A stretch of 64,000 nucleotides of DNA from Phycisphaerales bacterium. Its GTDB lineage: Bacteria > Planctomycetota > Phycisphaerae > Phycisphaerales > SM1A02. A program made the position numbers and the translations under genes. The first letter of the stretch is position 1. Each line of letters begins with the position of its first letter. Below the pieces are notes generated by a model. That model saw only the letters and a list, made by a program, of their open reading frames with translations, did not search any database and was not told where the DNA came from. Of the stretch, positions 1-9,227 are shown piece after piece. The stretch covers positions 20,847 to 84,846 of the forward strand of contig JABABS010000088.1 of the NCBI GenBank assembly GCA_014238125.1, written 5' to 3'.

Positions 1-134
1 AAGAAAGAACGCCCGAAGCCGGAAAACCTAGCCTGTCATGCAGTGTTACCCGCGCGAATCGGGTGGAGTCGCTGATTGCCCCATCGGGCAAAACGACGCC
101 TTCTTCGCATGGATTTTTTAGAAGGAGGCCGCGC

Positions 135-1016
135 ATGCCAACCACATTTCTTATCGCTCTTGCTTTACTCACCAGCCCCTTTGCAGATTCCGTTGTTTCT
201 TATGATGCAGGAATCGGCGGTGCCGATGGATTCACTGATCCAGCTGCCGCAATCGGTGAACCAACTCGGTTTACCGGTGAAGGAGTTTGGCCAAGTGTTG
301 TGAGTCAATTTAACCCACCGTTTATGACAAATGAACTTGTTTCCATTGGTGTTGGCGGCGAACTTGTTCTTTCATTTGATGAACCTGTTTTCGACAATCC
401 AGCAAATCCATACGGTATCGATCTTATTATTTTTGGAAATACTGGATTCATAGATGAGTCCTGGCCAAAAGGTGTCGTCGATGGCATGTTCAGCAATGAT
501 GGTGGACAGCTTGAAGTTTCCGCAGATGGTATTACATGGGTTTTTGTTGAAGGTGTTGAAACCGACAACACATGGCCAACATGTGGATATCAAGATAGTG
601 GCACCTATGACAGTGTTCCTGGAATTGATCCAACCAACTTTGTATTGCCAATCGACCCTCGACTTACCCTAGAAGATGTCAGCGGTGTAGGTTATGCAAC
701 TTTGCGAGAGTACTACAACTCTTCAGGCGGCGGCGTACCTGTTGATCTTGCTAGCACAGGTTTACCAAGTATTTCATTTGTCCGCATTACCGTAAATGTG
801 GGTTCTAAACTTTCACCAGAAATTGATGGGGTTTCTGATGTTGCACCGCAAATGGCTGGAGACGTTGACATGAACGGAGTTGTCGATGTGAATGACTTAC
901 TTGTTGCAGTTGCAAACTTCGGCCTAATGCCACTTGGCGGACCACTCGCAGACTTTAATGGTGATTTTGTAATTGATGTCAGTGACTTATTAACCATCAT
1001 CGGCAACTGGTCGTGA
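135..1016 (+). CDS. secreted protein with C-terminal dockerin-type repeat pair
   Basis: ORF 63..1016. Preferred start is ATG 135, preceded by GAAGGAGG at 121-128. N-terminus MPTTFLIALALLTSPFADS resembles a signal peptide. C-terminus has two dockerin/EF-hand-like repeats (DVDMNGVVDVNDLLVAVANFG and DFNGDFVIDVSDLLTIIGNW). Confidence 0.6.
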   Translation: MPTTFLIALALLTSPFADSVVSYDAGIGGADGFTDPAAAIGEPTRFTGEGVWPSVVSQFNPPFMTNELVSIGVGGELVLSFDEPVFDNPANPYGIDLIIFGNTGFIDESWPKGVVDGMFSNDGGQLEVSADGITWVFVEGVETDNTWPTCGYQDSGTYDSVPGIDPTNFVLPIDPRLTLEDVSGVGYATLREYYNSSGGGVPVDLASTGLPSISFVRITVNVGSKLSPEIDGVSDVAPQMAGDVDMNGVVDVNDLLVAVANFGLMPLGGPLADFNGDFVIDVSDLLTIIGNWS

Positions 1017-1744
1017 AACAAACGCGTGGATTTACGCTAATTGAATTGCTCGTTGTGATTGCAATTATTGCAATCGTGATTTCAATACTCCTCCCTGCAA
1101 TTGGTGCGACAACAACCCGCGCGCAAACAATTCGCTGCCAGAATAATCAACGTGAACTGGTGACTGCTTCAATGGGTTATCGAAATGACCATGGCATTCA
1201 CCCACCAGCAATTTACTACGAACAAGGTGATGGGACATGGGACACAGTTACTTGGGACACACTAATTTGGGAATATTGCACTTCAACTGAAAAAGCAATG
1301 ATCTGCCCCGAACATCAACATGCTCGGGGTGGATCTAGTATTTCGGGAAGTGGGTACAACTACAACACTGATTTTATTGGCGCCGAAGCGAGCATGTTGG
1401 AAAGTTTAGAAAATGCAAGACAGGGTATTGCACCTTCTGCTTGTAAACATCCATCACACGCAGCAATGTTTGGCGACGGCGGTGAAATTAGTGGTGGGAT
1501 GGGAGGATACAAAACGAACCGTTTTATGCGTTCTCCAAAAGAAAATGATGGGGGTCTTTCTTGCGCGGGAAGCCAATCGTTTCGACATAATGGCGCAACT
1601 GTCGTTGGCTGGCTCGATGGTCATGTCAGTAGCGTGACAAAACAATTCCAGACAAATTGTACCTATGACCTGTGGGAAACAAACGGTTTTCTAAGCGAAG
1701 ACGATAGTGCATACGATCCTAGGTCTTTGACGATACTCAACTAA
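1013..1744 (+). CDS. prepilin-type N-terminal cleavage/methylation domain protein with H-X9-DG motif (pseudopilin-like)
   Basis: N-terminus MKQTRGFTLIELLVVIAIIAIVISILLPA is the classic type IV prepilin leader plus hydrophobic helix. C-terminal RHNGATVVGWLDGH matches the H-X9-DG signature typical of Planctomycetes, Verrucomicrobia and Lentisphaerae. GTG start overlaps the upstream stop (GTGA). Confidence 0.8.
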   Translation: MKQTRGFTLIELLVVIAIIAIVISILLPAIGATTTRAQTIRCQNNQRELVTASMGYRNDHGIHPPAIYYEQGDGTWDTVTWDTLIWEYCTSTEKAMICPEHQHARGGSSISGSGYNYNTDFIGAEASMLESLENARQGIAPSACKHPSHAAMFGDGGEISGGMGGYKTNRFMRSPKENDGGLSCAGSQSFRHNGATVVGWLDGHVSSVTKQFQTNCTYDLWETNGFLSEDDSAYDPRSLTILN

Positions 1745-2943
1745 CTGAAAAATCGAAGAAACGGCACAAACTCACCTGCTGGAATTTCAGTATTTACAAC
1801 TGGTAATTGAGCAAGACCAATTGTACTTGCAGTGTGTGACAAATCACCAGACCCTTGCCAAGATGGAATGACTATTTTTCCATCCACAATGTTGGCTGGA
1901 CGAAATGCTGTGCGATGCTTGTTTGGTTTAACCGAAGTTGCAAGTGGCAGTTCTATCCAATGCAGTTTTGGGTCAGTTCCAAGAAGAGACAACACGATTG
2001 GTAAACCAAACAAGTGTGCACATGCGAGTGCAGACACGGGGTTTCCGGGCAAACCAAGTATGATCGTGTTCGCATGCGTTCCAACAATAACGGGTTTCCC
2101 GGGTTGAATAGAAACACCATGTACAACAAACTCGACGTTTGATTGTCCGAATGCACCTGGAAAAAAATCTCGCTCACCTGCACTGATGCCACCGACGGTA
2201 ATGAGTAGATCGCACGATTTCAATGCATCAGAGACTGCTTTTGCCGTCTGTTCAGCATTGTCTCGAACATGTTGATGTTTCACAATTTCACAACCAAACA
2301 ATTCAAAGATGGAAGTAATCATTGGTCCATTCCCGTTGCGAATTTGGTGCATCAATGGCGTTTCACTTGGCGGAACAACTTCGTCACCACTTGTCAACAA
2401 AATGACCTTAGGTTTTCTCACAACTGGTAATACAACCGCCCCAACAGTTGCTGCAATACCAATGTGCTGCGGAGCTAGCACTGTGCCCGTATCAACAAGC
2501 ACCTCCTCCTCAGATGCATCTACACCACACATATGGATCGCTTTTCCTACATTGACCTTTTCAACGTGAAACGTAACTTTACCACCAGTAAGATCGCCGC
2601 GATCAGTTAGTTCATGTTGCACTACAGCATCAAATTGCAGCGGCACCGGAGCGCCAGTTGCGATTGCAACACAGGTTTGTTTTTTTCTCACAACAGCCAT
2701 GTCAGAACCTGCAGCAACTCGCGAAGTTACTTCCATCGAAATTTCTTGTTTTACTTCACTTGCCACGACAGCATACCCATCCATTTGAGAACGATTGAAC
2801 GGTGGCAAGTTCCGATCTGCAACAATTGGTTCAGCAAGTACACGTTCTACAGCTGAAGCTATCGGAACACTTTCGCAATCTGCAATTGGAGCGACGGACA
2901 TAAGTGCTTGCCTTATCGCTTCGTTGTAAGTAGGCAACTCCAT
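1741..2943 (-). CDS. moeA: molybdopterin molybdenumtransferase MoeA
   Basis: 400 aa. MoeA-like motifs include PPFNRSQMDGYAV, TGAPVP and the MoCF-biosynthesis block LLITVGGISAGERDF. Lies immediately downstream of moaD (TAAATG junction). Confidence 0.85.
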   Translation of the reverse strand: MELPTYNEAIRQALMSVAPIADCESVPIASAVERVLAEPIVADRNLPPFNRSQMDGYAVVASEVKQEISMEVTSRVAAGSDMAVVRKKQTCVAIATGAPVPLQFDAVVQHELTDRGDLTGGKVTFHVEKVNVGKAIHMCGVDASEEEVLVDTGTVLAPQHIGIAATVGAVVLPVVRKPKVILLTSGDEVVPPSETPLMHQIRNGNGPMITSIFELFGCEIVKHQHVRDNAEQTAKAVSDALKSCDLLITVGGISAGERDFFPGAFGQSNVEFVVHGVSIQPGKPVIVGTHANTIILGLPGNPVSALACAHLFGLPIVLSLLGTDPKLHWIELPLATSVKPNKHRTAFRPANIVDGKIVIPSWQGSGDLSHTASTIGLAQLPVVNTEIPAGEFVPFLRFFS

Positions 2944-3189
2944 TTATCCACCACTTACTGGGGGGAGCACAGCAATAGTACATCCATCCGTTACTAGTGC
3001 ATCTGCCTGTACAACTTTTTCATCGATTGCAAATGCGCAGTATTGTCGTAACGAATGCAATGTTGGAGAATCTGCAGTTAGTGATGCAAATACATCTGCA
3101 ACTGTCGCGCCAACGGATGCTTCAATTATTTTCTCTCGCTGACCAGATGCCTCCGCTGCTGCTGCGAAAAATAAAATTTTGCATGTCAC
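2944..3189 (-). CDS. moaD: molybdopterin synthase sulfur-carrier subunit MoaD (ThiS/MoaD family)
   Basis: About 81 aa ending in the diagnostic C-terminal Gly-Gly (VLPPVSGG). Start taken as GTG at 3189, because the longer ORF (to 3285) would overlap the mutL 3' end and no ATG lies inside the 81-aa core. Adjacent to moeA. Confidence 0.7.
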   Translation of the reverse strand: MTCKILFFAAAAEASGQREKIIEASVGATVADVFASLTADSPTLHSLRQYCAFAIDEKVVQADALVTDGCTIAVLPPVSGG

Positions 3190-3190
3190 T

Positions 3191-4915
3191 TTATCTTCTC
3201 CCAAAACGTTGCTCCAATTCTTCGATCGACAAACGCATCGTTGTTGGTCTACCGTGCGGACAACTGCTACTGCGTTCAATTTCATGTCGTTTGTGTAACA
3301 AATCCTTAAGTTCTTGTTGGGTGAGTTGATCCCCCGCCTTAATCGCTGCTTTACAGGACATCATGTCGAGAATTTCTGAAAGCGCTTCCTCTTCAGTTGT
3401 TGGAAAATTATTACTTCCAAGTTTGTCGAGTAAATCGCAAATGAATTCTGTACCATCAACATTTCTAGAAACCAACAACGTTGGTAGTGCGTACACGGAA
3501 ATTGAAGCTGGACCTGACGGTGAAATATCAATGCCGAGTTTCATGAATAAGTCAGCGTGAGTTTCGATCGCGTCGAGCCATGAACTATCAGCAGGAAAAG
3601 ATTCTGGTATAAGTAATTTTTGCGATTCCAAATTGCCTTGTACCATCCGTTTTTTAAGTTCTTCAAACATCACGCGTTCATGCAAGGCATGTTGATCAAT
3701 AATGAGTAATCCTTGCGCGTCCTGTGTCACCAAAAAACATTTGTGTACTTGTAGCACATCATCACTTCCAAGCAAGGTCGGCATTGGAGTTGGTTGTGTA
3801 AGCTCAATTCCCGCAACTGCCTGCCTTGTCTCTTCAATTGGGAATGATGATGACAACCCCGTGCCGAACGCTTGTTGTTGACCACCTCCAGTATGTTGAT
3901 AACTCTCTTTTGGATTGTAAAGTGGGACAAATTCTTCTTCTAACAATCTCGAAGAAACGGTCTTATTTACAAGCCGCCACATCAAATCGCGATCACGAAA
4001 ACGCACCTCGCTTTTTTGTGGATGCACGTTAACATCAACAAGCGCGGGATCCATTTCAATAAAGATCGCAGCAGTTGGCCAGCGGTTTGGTTCGATCAGG
4101 CCTCTGTATGCTTCCTTGATCGCATGTGTCATTGATGAATCTAAAATTGACCGATTATTAACGTGCACGCGTAGGTGCCGCGAAGTTGGTCTCGCAACTT
4201 CAGGTTTACCGGCGAGTCCCCACAAACGAACGCCGTCAATTTCTCCTTTAAGTTCAAGCATTTCTCCTGCAAGTTCACCTCCGAAAATATCAAGTAGACG
4301 ATCTGTTGAAGAGCATGATGTGTAAGAAAGGATAGTGCGATCACCACTCTTAAGTATGAAATCCGTTTCGTTGTGGGAAGCAGAAAGTCGTTGTACAACG
4401 TCACGAACACGTGTTGTTTCCGCGCCGTCAGATTTTAAAAACTTCCGCCTCGCTGGCGTATTGTAAAAGAGACGTCGAACTTCAACGGTAGTCCCAAAAC
4501 TTGCAGCAATTGGTTTTGGCTGTGTAGCGTTACCACCTTCGACAATGATTTGCATTGCCGATTCGTCTTCTTCCCTTCTACTTGTGATCGTGAGATGACT
4601 CACAGATCCAACAGAGGCGACTGCTTCGCCGCGAAAACCAAGCGATGCAATCGCAGCAAGATCTGCTTCATCTGCGATTTTGCTTGTTGCATGGGAAGCA
4701 ACTGCAAGTGGAAGTTCATCAGATGCAATACCCCATCCATTGTCACTAACTCGGATAAGGTCTTTCCCACCATGAAAAAGTTGAATTTCGATTCGAGTGC
4801 TGCCAGCATCGAGTGCATTTTCAATCAGTTCTTTCACAACCGACGCTGGGCGATCAACGACTTCCCCCGCTGCAATTTGATTGATCAAGATTGGTGAAAG
4901 TTTACGGATAGTCAC
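3191..4915 (-). CDS. mutL: DNA mismatch repair protein MutL
   Basis: N-terminal GHKL ATPase signature LSPILINQIAAGEVVDRPASVVKELIENALDAGSTRIEI plus DNGWGI. C-terminal endonuclease/dimerisation domain (DQHALHERVMFE, CPHGRPT). GTG start overlaps the nadE stop (GTGA). Confidence 0.9.
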   Translation of the reverse strand: MTIRKLSPILINQIAAGEVVDRPASVVKELIENALDAGSTRIEIQLFHGGKDLIRVSDNGWGIASDELPLAVASHATSKIADEADLAAIASLGFRGEAVASVGSVSHLTITSRREEDESAMQIIVEGGNATQPKPIAASFGTTVEVRRLFYNTPARRKFLKSDGAETTRVRDVVQRLSASHNETDFILKSGDRTILSYTSCSSTDRLLDIFGGELAGEMLELKGEIDGVRLWGLAGKPEVARPTSRHLRVHVNNRSILDSSMTHAIKEAYRGLIEPNRWPTAAIFIEMDPALVDVNVHPQKSEVRFRDRDLMWRLVNKTVSSRLLEEEFVPLYNPKESYQHTGGGQQQAFGTGLSSSFPIEETRQAVAGIELTQPTPMPTLLGSDDVLQVHKCFLVTQDAQGLLIIDQHALHERVMFEELKKRMVQGNLESQKLLIPESFPADSSWLDAIETHADLFMKLGIDISPSGPASISVYALPTLLVSRNVDGTEFICDLLDKLGSNNFPTTEEEALSEILDMMSCKAAIKAGDQLTQQELKDLLHKRHEIERSSSCPHGRPTTMRLSIEELEQRFGRR

Positions 4916-6549
4916 GTCGGTTGCCTCACTGATGACCAGACTCGTTTCATCACGATTGGCATGGGACGACCACGACCAAAGGTCCTTGGTGCAATTTTGA
5001 GAATCACCGCAGCCTGATCACGTTTGAATTGTGATCGATCAACCATTCCTAGGATTGTATCGATTCGTGTTCTAGAAATACACAAGATGTTCTCAATTTC
5101 TTCTGCGCCAAGATCGCCATCTATGTGGGGAATGAGAATTGAATCAAGTTCTTCGTAGGGTGGAAGTGAATCCTCATCGAGTTGACCTGGTCTTAGTTCT
5201 GCTGAAGGTGGTTTTATAATTGAGTTTTCAGGAATCGGTGGAACTGTAAAAATATTTGACTTGTTGATCCATCGCGACATTTCCCAGACTTCTGTTTTAT
5301 ACAAATCGCCAATAACAGAAATTGCACCGCACATATCACCATATAACGTGCTGTACCCAACGGCGAGTTCTGATTTGTTTCCTGTTGCAAGAAGCAGTGC
5401 GTTATTTTGATTTGCAAGTGACATCAACAACATACCGCGAATCCTCGCTTGTGCATTTTCTTCTGCGAGACCTTTGATTTGTGAATTTGCATCAGTATGA
5501 ACGCGTTCAAATGCAGCATGCATGTGTTCAATTGGAAGCGTAATCGCCTTAATCTTCAGGTTTATAACGAGTGCTTCTGCATCTTCAATTGAACCAATAG
5601 AGGAGTACCTTGATGGCATCAGCACGCCAGTGACAGCATCTTTTCCTAATGCAGCAACTGCAAGAGTCGCAACAAGTGCTGAATCTATTCCACCGGAGAG
5701 TCCGAGCAACACTTCTTTGTGCCCAGTTTTTTTGCAGTAATCCCGAACACCTAAAACCAACGCTTGGAACCGAGCTTCGTTTATATTTTTTTCTGGTATT
5801 AACCGGACCTCATTTGTTTCAGCTTCTACCGATTCTTCAAAAAGCGGAGATTCATGCGTAACTCCCTCTGGTGTACAGACAAATGACCCTCCATCAAAAA
5901 TGAGATCGTCATTACCACCAACTTGGTTTACGACAACAACTTTACAATCGTAGTCCCTCGAGATTTGCAACGCGTGTTCAAGATGTCTTTTTCTTTTCTT
6001 TGCAACAAATGGCGAAGCACTTGGTGAAATGATCACCTCACAATTAGCTTCAACCAATGTAGAGGTAGGATTCTCGTCATACTTCGGTGCTGCGTCTGCA
6101 TCGAAGCCTCGCCAAAAATCTTCGCAAATTGCGATACCTATTCGTCCAATTTGCAAATCAACTACCCCACTATTTGTTCCCTGTTCAAAATATCGGTCCT
6201 CGTCAAAAATGTCGTATCCCGGAAGCAAATGTTTATCAACAACGGCGATGATCTCGCCACCTTCGATCACGGAAATGCTGTTACGAAATCGACCCGTCGA
6301 TTGTTCTAGTCTGGGATGACCGACGAGAATAGTTGTTGTAACTTCTTTGGCAATTTTTCTTACAGCAGTTTCGCATGCTTCAACAAAACCGCTACAAAGC
6401 AGGAGGTCTCTTGGCGGATAGCCTGAAATGAACAGTTCTGGCGTGACGAGCAAGTCCCCATCACACTCACCTGCAGCGTTAATTAGACGCTGGGTGTTGC
6501 CTTCAATATCGCCAATCGTGGGATTGAGTTGCAGGAGACCAATTCGCAT
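4912..6549 (-). CDS. nadE: glutamine-dependent NAD+ synthetase NadE (C-N hydrolase plus NAD synthase domains)
   Basis: N-terminal nitrilase-like domain (MRIGLLQLNPTIGDIEGN, AICEDFW). C-terminal PP-loop NAD synthase domain (LGLSGGIDSALVA). ATG 6549 preferred over the in-frame TTG at 6570. Confidence 0.9.
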   Translation of the reverse strand: MRIGLLQLNPTIGDIEGNTQRLINAAGECDGDLLVTPELFISGYPPRDLLLCSGFVEACETAVRKIAKEVTTTILVGHPRLEQSTGRFRNSISVIEGGEIIAVVDKHLLPGYDIFDEDRYFEQGTNSGVVDLQIGRIGIAICEDFWRGFDADAAPKYDENPTSTLVEANCEVIISPSASPFVAKKRKRHLEHALQISRDYDCKVVVVNQVGGNDDLIFDGGSFVCTPEGVTHESPLFEESVEAETNEVRLIPEKNINEARFQALVLGVRDYCKKTGHKEVLLGLSGGIDSALVATLAVAALGKDAVTGVLMPSRYSSIGSIEDAEALVINLKIKAITLPIEHMHAAFERVHTDANSQIKGLAEENAQARIRGMLLMSLANQNNALLLATGNKSELAVGYSTLYGDMCGAISVIGDLYKTEVWEMSRWINKSNIFTVPPIPENSIIKPPSAELRPGQLDEDSLPPYEELDSILIPHIDGDLGAEEIENILCISRTRIDTILGMVDRSQFKRDQAAVILKIAPRTFGRGRPMPIVMKRVWSSVRQPT

Positions 6550-6638
6550 CTGCTTATAGTACCAATGCAACGCAGCCCCGCAAAACTGCAGGGCCGCGCA
6601 TCACACACTGGTTTGTTGGAAAACCAGAAGGAAAGGAG

Positions 6639-7223
6639 TCAATATACGAGGGCGACGGCGTTTTCGATCGCATCGATCACTTGCCGTACCGTGAAGGGCT
6701 TACTAAGAACCCCGTCAAAACCACTACATGTGAGCTGGGTCATTTGACCTTCGGTCACACGACCTGTCATTGCGATCACTTTGGTGGCTTGCAATTCAGC
6801 ATTGCCTTGGAATGATTTTGCGAATGTTGCAGAATCATCTGAGCAAAAGGAAAGATCAAAGAGCATGACGTGCGGGCGGAATCGCTCGCATTCAAGGCCT
6901 GCAGTAAATGGATTGTTTGATGAGTGGACCACGTATTGGGTTTGATCTGAAAACACACGTTCTAATGCACTGATGACTTCTTTATCGCTATCAACGACCA
7001 ATACGCGAGTGTTGCCAGACATGAGACCGTCAAGTGGAATGCCATGTGCCTGCATAAACTTCATCAATCCTTGGACTGGTATTCGCCGATCTTTTGAACC
7101 GGGAATCCTGTAGCCTTCGAGCTGACCGGAGTCGAACCATTTACTTACTGTGCGAGCTGCAACATTACAGATCTTTGCGACTTCGCCAGTTGTGAGTACA
7201 TCTTTTTCGAACGGATTCATCAT
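6639..7223 (-). CDS. response regulator with N-terminal excisionase/MerR-type HTH and C-terminal receiver domain
   Basis: N-terminal LTTGEVAKICNVAARTVSKWFDSGQLEGYRIPGSKDRRI is an excisionase-family HTH. The receiver follows with acidic pocket VVDSD, phospho-acceptor in MLFDLSF, T in VIAMTG and K in LSKPF. Start at the ATGATG pair (7223), which has an upstream GAAGGTGA; the ORF-track N-terminal extension was ignored. Confidence 0.75.
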   Translation of the reverse strand: MMNPFEKDVLTTGEVAKICNVAARTVSKWFDSGQLEGYRIPGSKDRRIPVQGLMKFMQAHGIPLDGLMSGNTRVLVVDSDKEVISALERVFSDQTQYVVHSSNNPFTAGLECERFRPHVMLFDLSFCSDDSATFAKSFQGNAELQATKVIAMTGRVTEGQMTQLTCSGFDGVLSKPFTVRQVIDAIENAVALVY

Positions 7224-7384
7224 TGCCTCGTTCACCTTCAAATTAAGAGTTCGTGAGTGTCGCAGCTCCGCTACGACGGGGTTACACATCCTGCATCGAC
7301 AGTGATACGTACACAATTCAGTCGTAGTACTAGGTTTATGATGAAAATTCGGTCAATGACGCGAAATAACGTTTTCGAACGTCC

Positions 7385-7423
7385 GATAAAGAATTAAACC
7401 CGCGGCCAAGTTGATTGCGGGTT
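7385..7423 (-). terminator. candidate intrinsic terminator after pckA
   Basis: 7-bp stem AACCCGC (7397-7403) / GCGGGTT (7417-7423) overlapping the pckA stop codon. On the minus strand it is followed by T-rich TAATTCTTTAT. The loop is long (13 nt), so this is weak. Confidence 0.35.
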
Positions 7424-8990
7424 AAATTGGACCAGCAGCGCGGACATCGTCAGACATGTCGTACTTTTGATCATTTATGCGGAATTTTTGAGCAAGTGTG
7501 TTTGCTGTCGTGTCGTAAACACCGCCATCTGCCCATGTTTGACGAGGGTCGAGCACTTCAGCTGGTACATTTGGAGCAGTTGTTGGAATATGCAATCCGA
7601 AAATTGAATGTTGCACATACTCTGACTGAGCAAGTGTACCATCGAGAATTGCTGTCACGAACGCACGAGTCCACTTCAAACTAAATCTTTCACCAGTGCC
7701 ATACGCACCCCCTGTCCAACCTGTGTTAAGAAGCCACACGTGTGAATCTTGCTCTTCTACTCGTTTCGCTAGCCACTGTGCATATTCCATTGGTCTTCGC
7801 GGAAGAAAAGGGCCACCAAAGCAAGGGCTAAAGTTTGGTTGTGGTTCTGTAACACCCGCTTCTGTACCCGCGAGTTTCGATGTGTATCCATTAATAAAGT
7901 AATACATTGCTTGCTCAGAAGTCAATTTGCTTACTGGAGGAAGCACGCCAAAAGCATCAGCGGTTAAAAAGATGACATTCTTTGGGTGTCCGCAAACACT
8001 TGGAATAATTGCATCTGGTATGTAATCAACAGGGTACGCAACACGTGTATTTTCCGTTTTAGAAACATCATCATAATCAGGAATACGTGACTTTTCGTCA
8101 AGAACGATATTTTCAAGTACAGCACCAAATTTAATTGCGTCCCAAATTTGCGGCTCACCCTCTTCTGAAAGTTTGATACATTTTGCATAGCAACCGCCCT
8201 CAAAATTAAACACGCCATCGTTACTCCAACCATGCTCATCGTCACCAATAAGCGGACGGTTTGGATCAGCAGAAAGTGTTGTTTTCCCCGTACCACTCAG
8301 GCCGAAAAATAAAGCAACATTCGAGGCATCATCTTTGTCTACGTTCGCGGAACAGTGCATGGGAAACACATCCACTTCAGTCATGTCAAAGTTCATAGCA
8401 TAAAAAATTGATTTCTTAATTTCGCCTGCGTATCGTGTACCAACTATGACGACCTTCTTTTGTTCCATAGACTGAATAATTGCAACAGAACTGTTCAAAC
8501 CACATGATTCAAAATCGTCAATTTGCAAATTAGATGCATTGATAATTGTCCAATCTGGGTTGAATCCTTCAGGTTCTGCGCCACGAATAAACATAGTTGA
8601 AGCAAACAAACACTGCCACGCTTCTTCAGTGACAACTGAGACCTTCAATCTGTAGCGTTCATCTGCACCTGCAAAGCCGTCAAAGCGAAAAAGTTCGTCT
8701 CGCTTATTCAAATATTCCATCGCCATCGCTTCGATTTTTGCAAAATTTTCTGGTGTGATTGGACGGTTTGTGTTTCCCCAAGCAATCGCATTATGAATAG
8801 CGGGTGTATCTTCAACAAACTTATCGTTAGGACTCCTGCCTGTTCTTTCACCAGTGTCACAGCAGAGAGCGCCGTTAGATGCAAGGCAACCCTCACCACG
8901 CTGAAGTGATCGCTCGACTAATCCTGCCGTTGAGAGATTAGTATGGATCGTAATTCCAGGGAAAGACAGTGTTTCAGTTGCTGTAGTCAT
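7422..8990 (-). CDS. pckA: phosphoenolpyruvate carboxykinase (ATP)
   Basis: Kinase-1a P-loop FFGLSGTGKTTLSADPNRPLIGDDEHGW and overall PckA-like sequence. Start at ATG 8990 (MTTATETL...) with upstream AAGGA; the longer ORF to 9086 was ignored. Confidence 0.9.
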   Translation of the reverse strand: MTTATETLSFPGITIHTNLSTAGLVERSLQRGEGCLASNGALCCDTGERTGRSPNDKFVEDTPAIHNAIAWGNTNRPITPENFAKIEAMAMEYLNKRDELFRFDGFAGADERYRLKVSVVTEEAWQCLFASTMFIRGAEPEGFNPDWTIINASNLQIDDFESCGLNSSVAIIQSMEQKKVVIVGTRYAGEIKKSIFYAMNFDMTEVDVFPMHCSANVDKDDASNVALFFGLSGTGKTTLSADPNRPLIGDDEHGWSNDGVFNFEGGCYAKCIKLSEEGEPQIWDAIKFGAVLENIVLDEKSRIPDYDDVSKTENTRVAYPVDYIPDAIIPSVCGHPKNVIFLTADAFGVLPPVSKLTSEQAMYYFINGYTSKLAGTEAGVTEPQPNFSPCFGGPFLPRRPMEYAQWLAKRVEEQDSHVWLLNTGWTGGAYGTGERFSLKWTRAFVTAILDGTLAQSEYVQHSIFGLHIPTTAPNVPAEVLDPRQTWADGGVYDTTANTLAQKFRINDQKYDMSDDVRAAGPI

Positions 8991-9144
8991 CGTATGTCCT
9001 TTGCAAAAAGACTCATTGAAGAAGTTGAGATAATCTGGAGATTCTACCGCAATTGTCGTCCATCTTCTAGGGAAAAAACGAGGCAAATTTTCAAAGACAA
9101 TTGTTTGACCCCAGGCCCTTCTGCGGATATTCTGCCCCTCCTAC

Positions 9145-9218
9145 GGCGATCGTAGCTCAGTTGGTAGAGCACCGGGTTGTGATCCTGGATGTCGCGGGTT
9201 CGAGTCCCGTCGATCGCC
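9145..9218 (+). tRNA. tRNA-His (anticodon GTG) with genome-encoded G-1
   Basis: Folded by hand. G-1 plus acceptor GCGATCG/CGATCGC, D-arm GCTC-AGTTGGTA-GAGC, anticodon arm CCGGG-TTGTGAT-CCTGG (GTG), T-arm GCGGG-TTCGAGT-CCCGT, discriminator C pairing with G-1. No encoded CCA. Confidence 0.9.
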
Positions 9219-9227
9219 CTTTTACAC

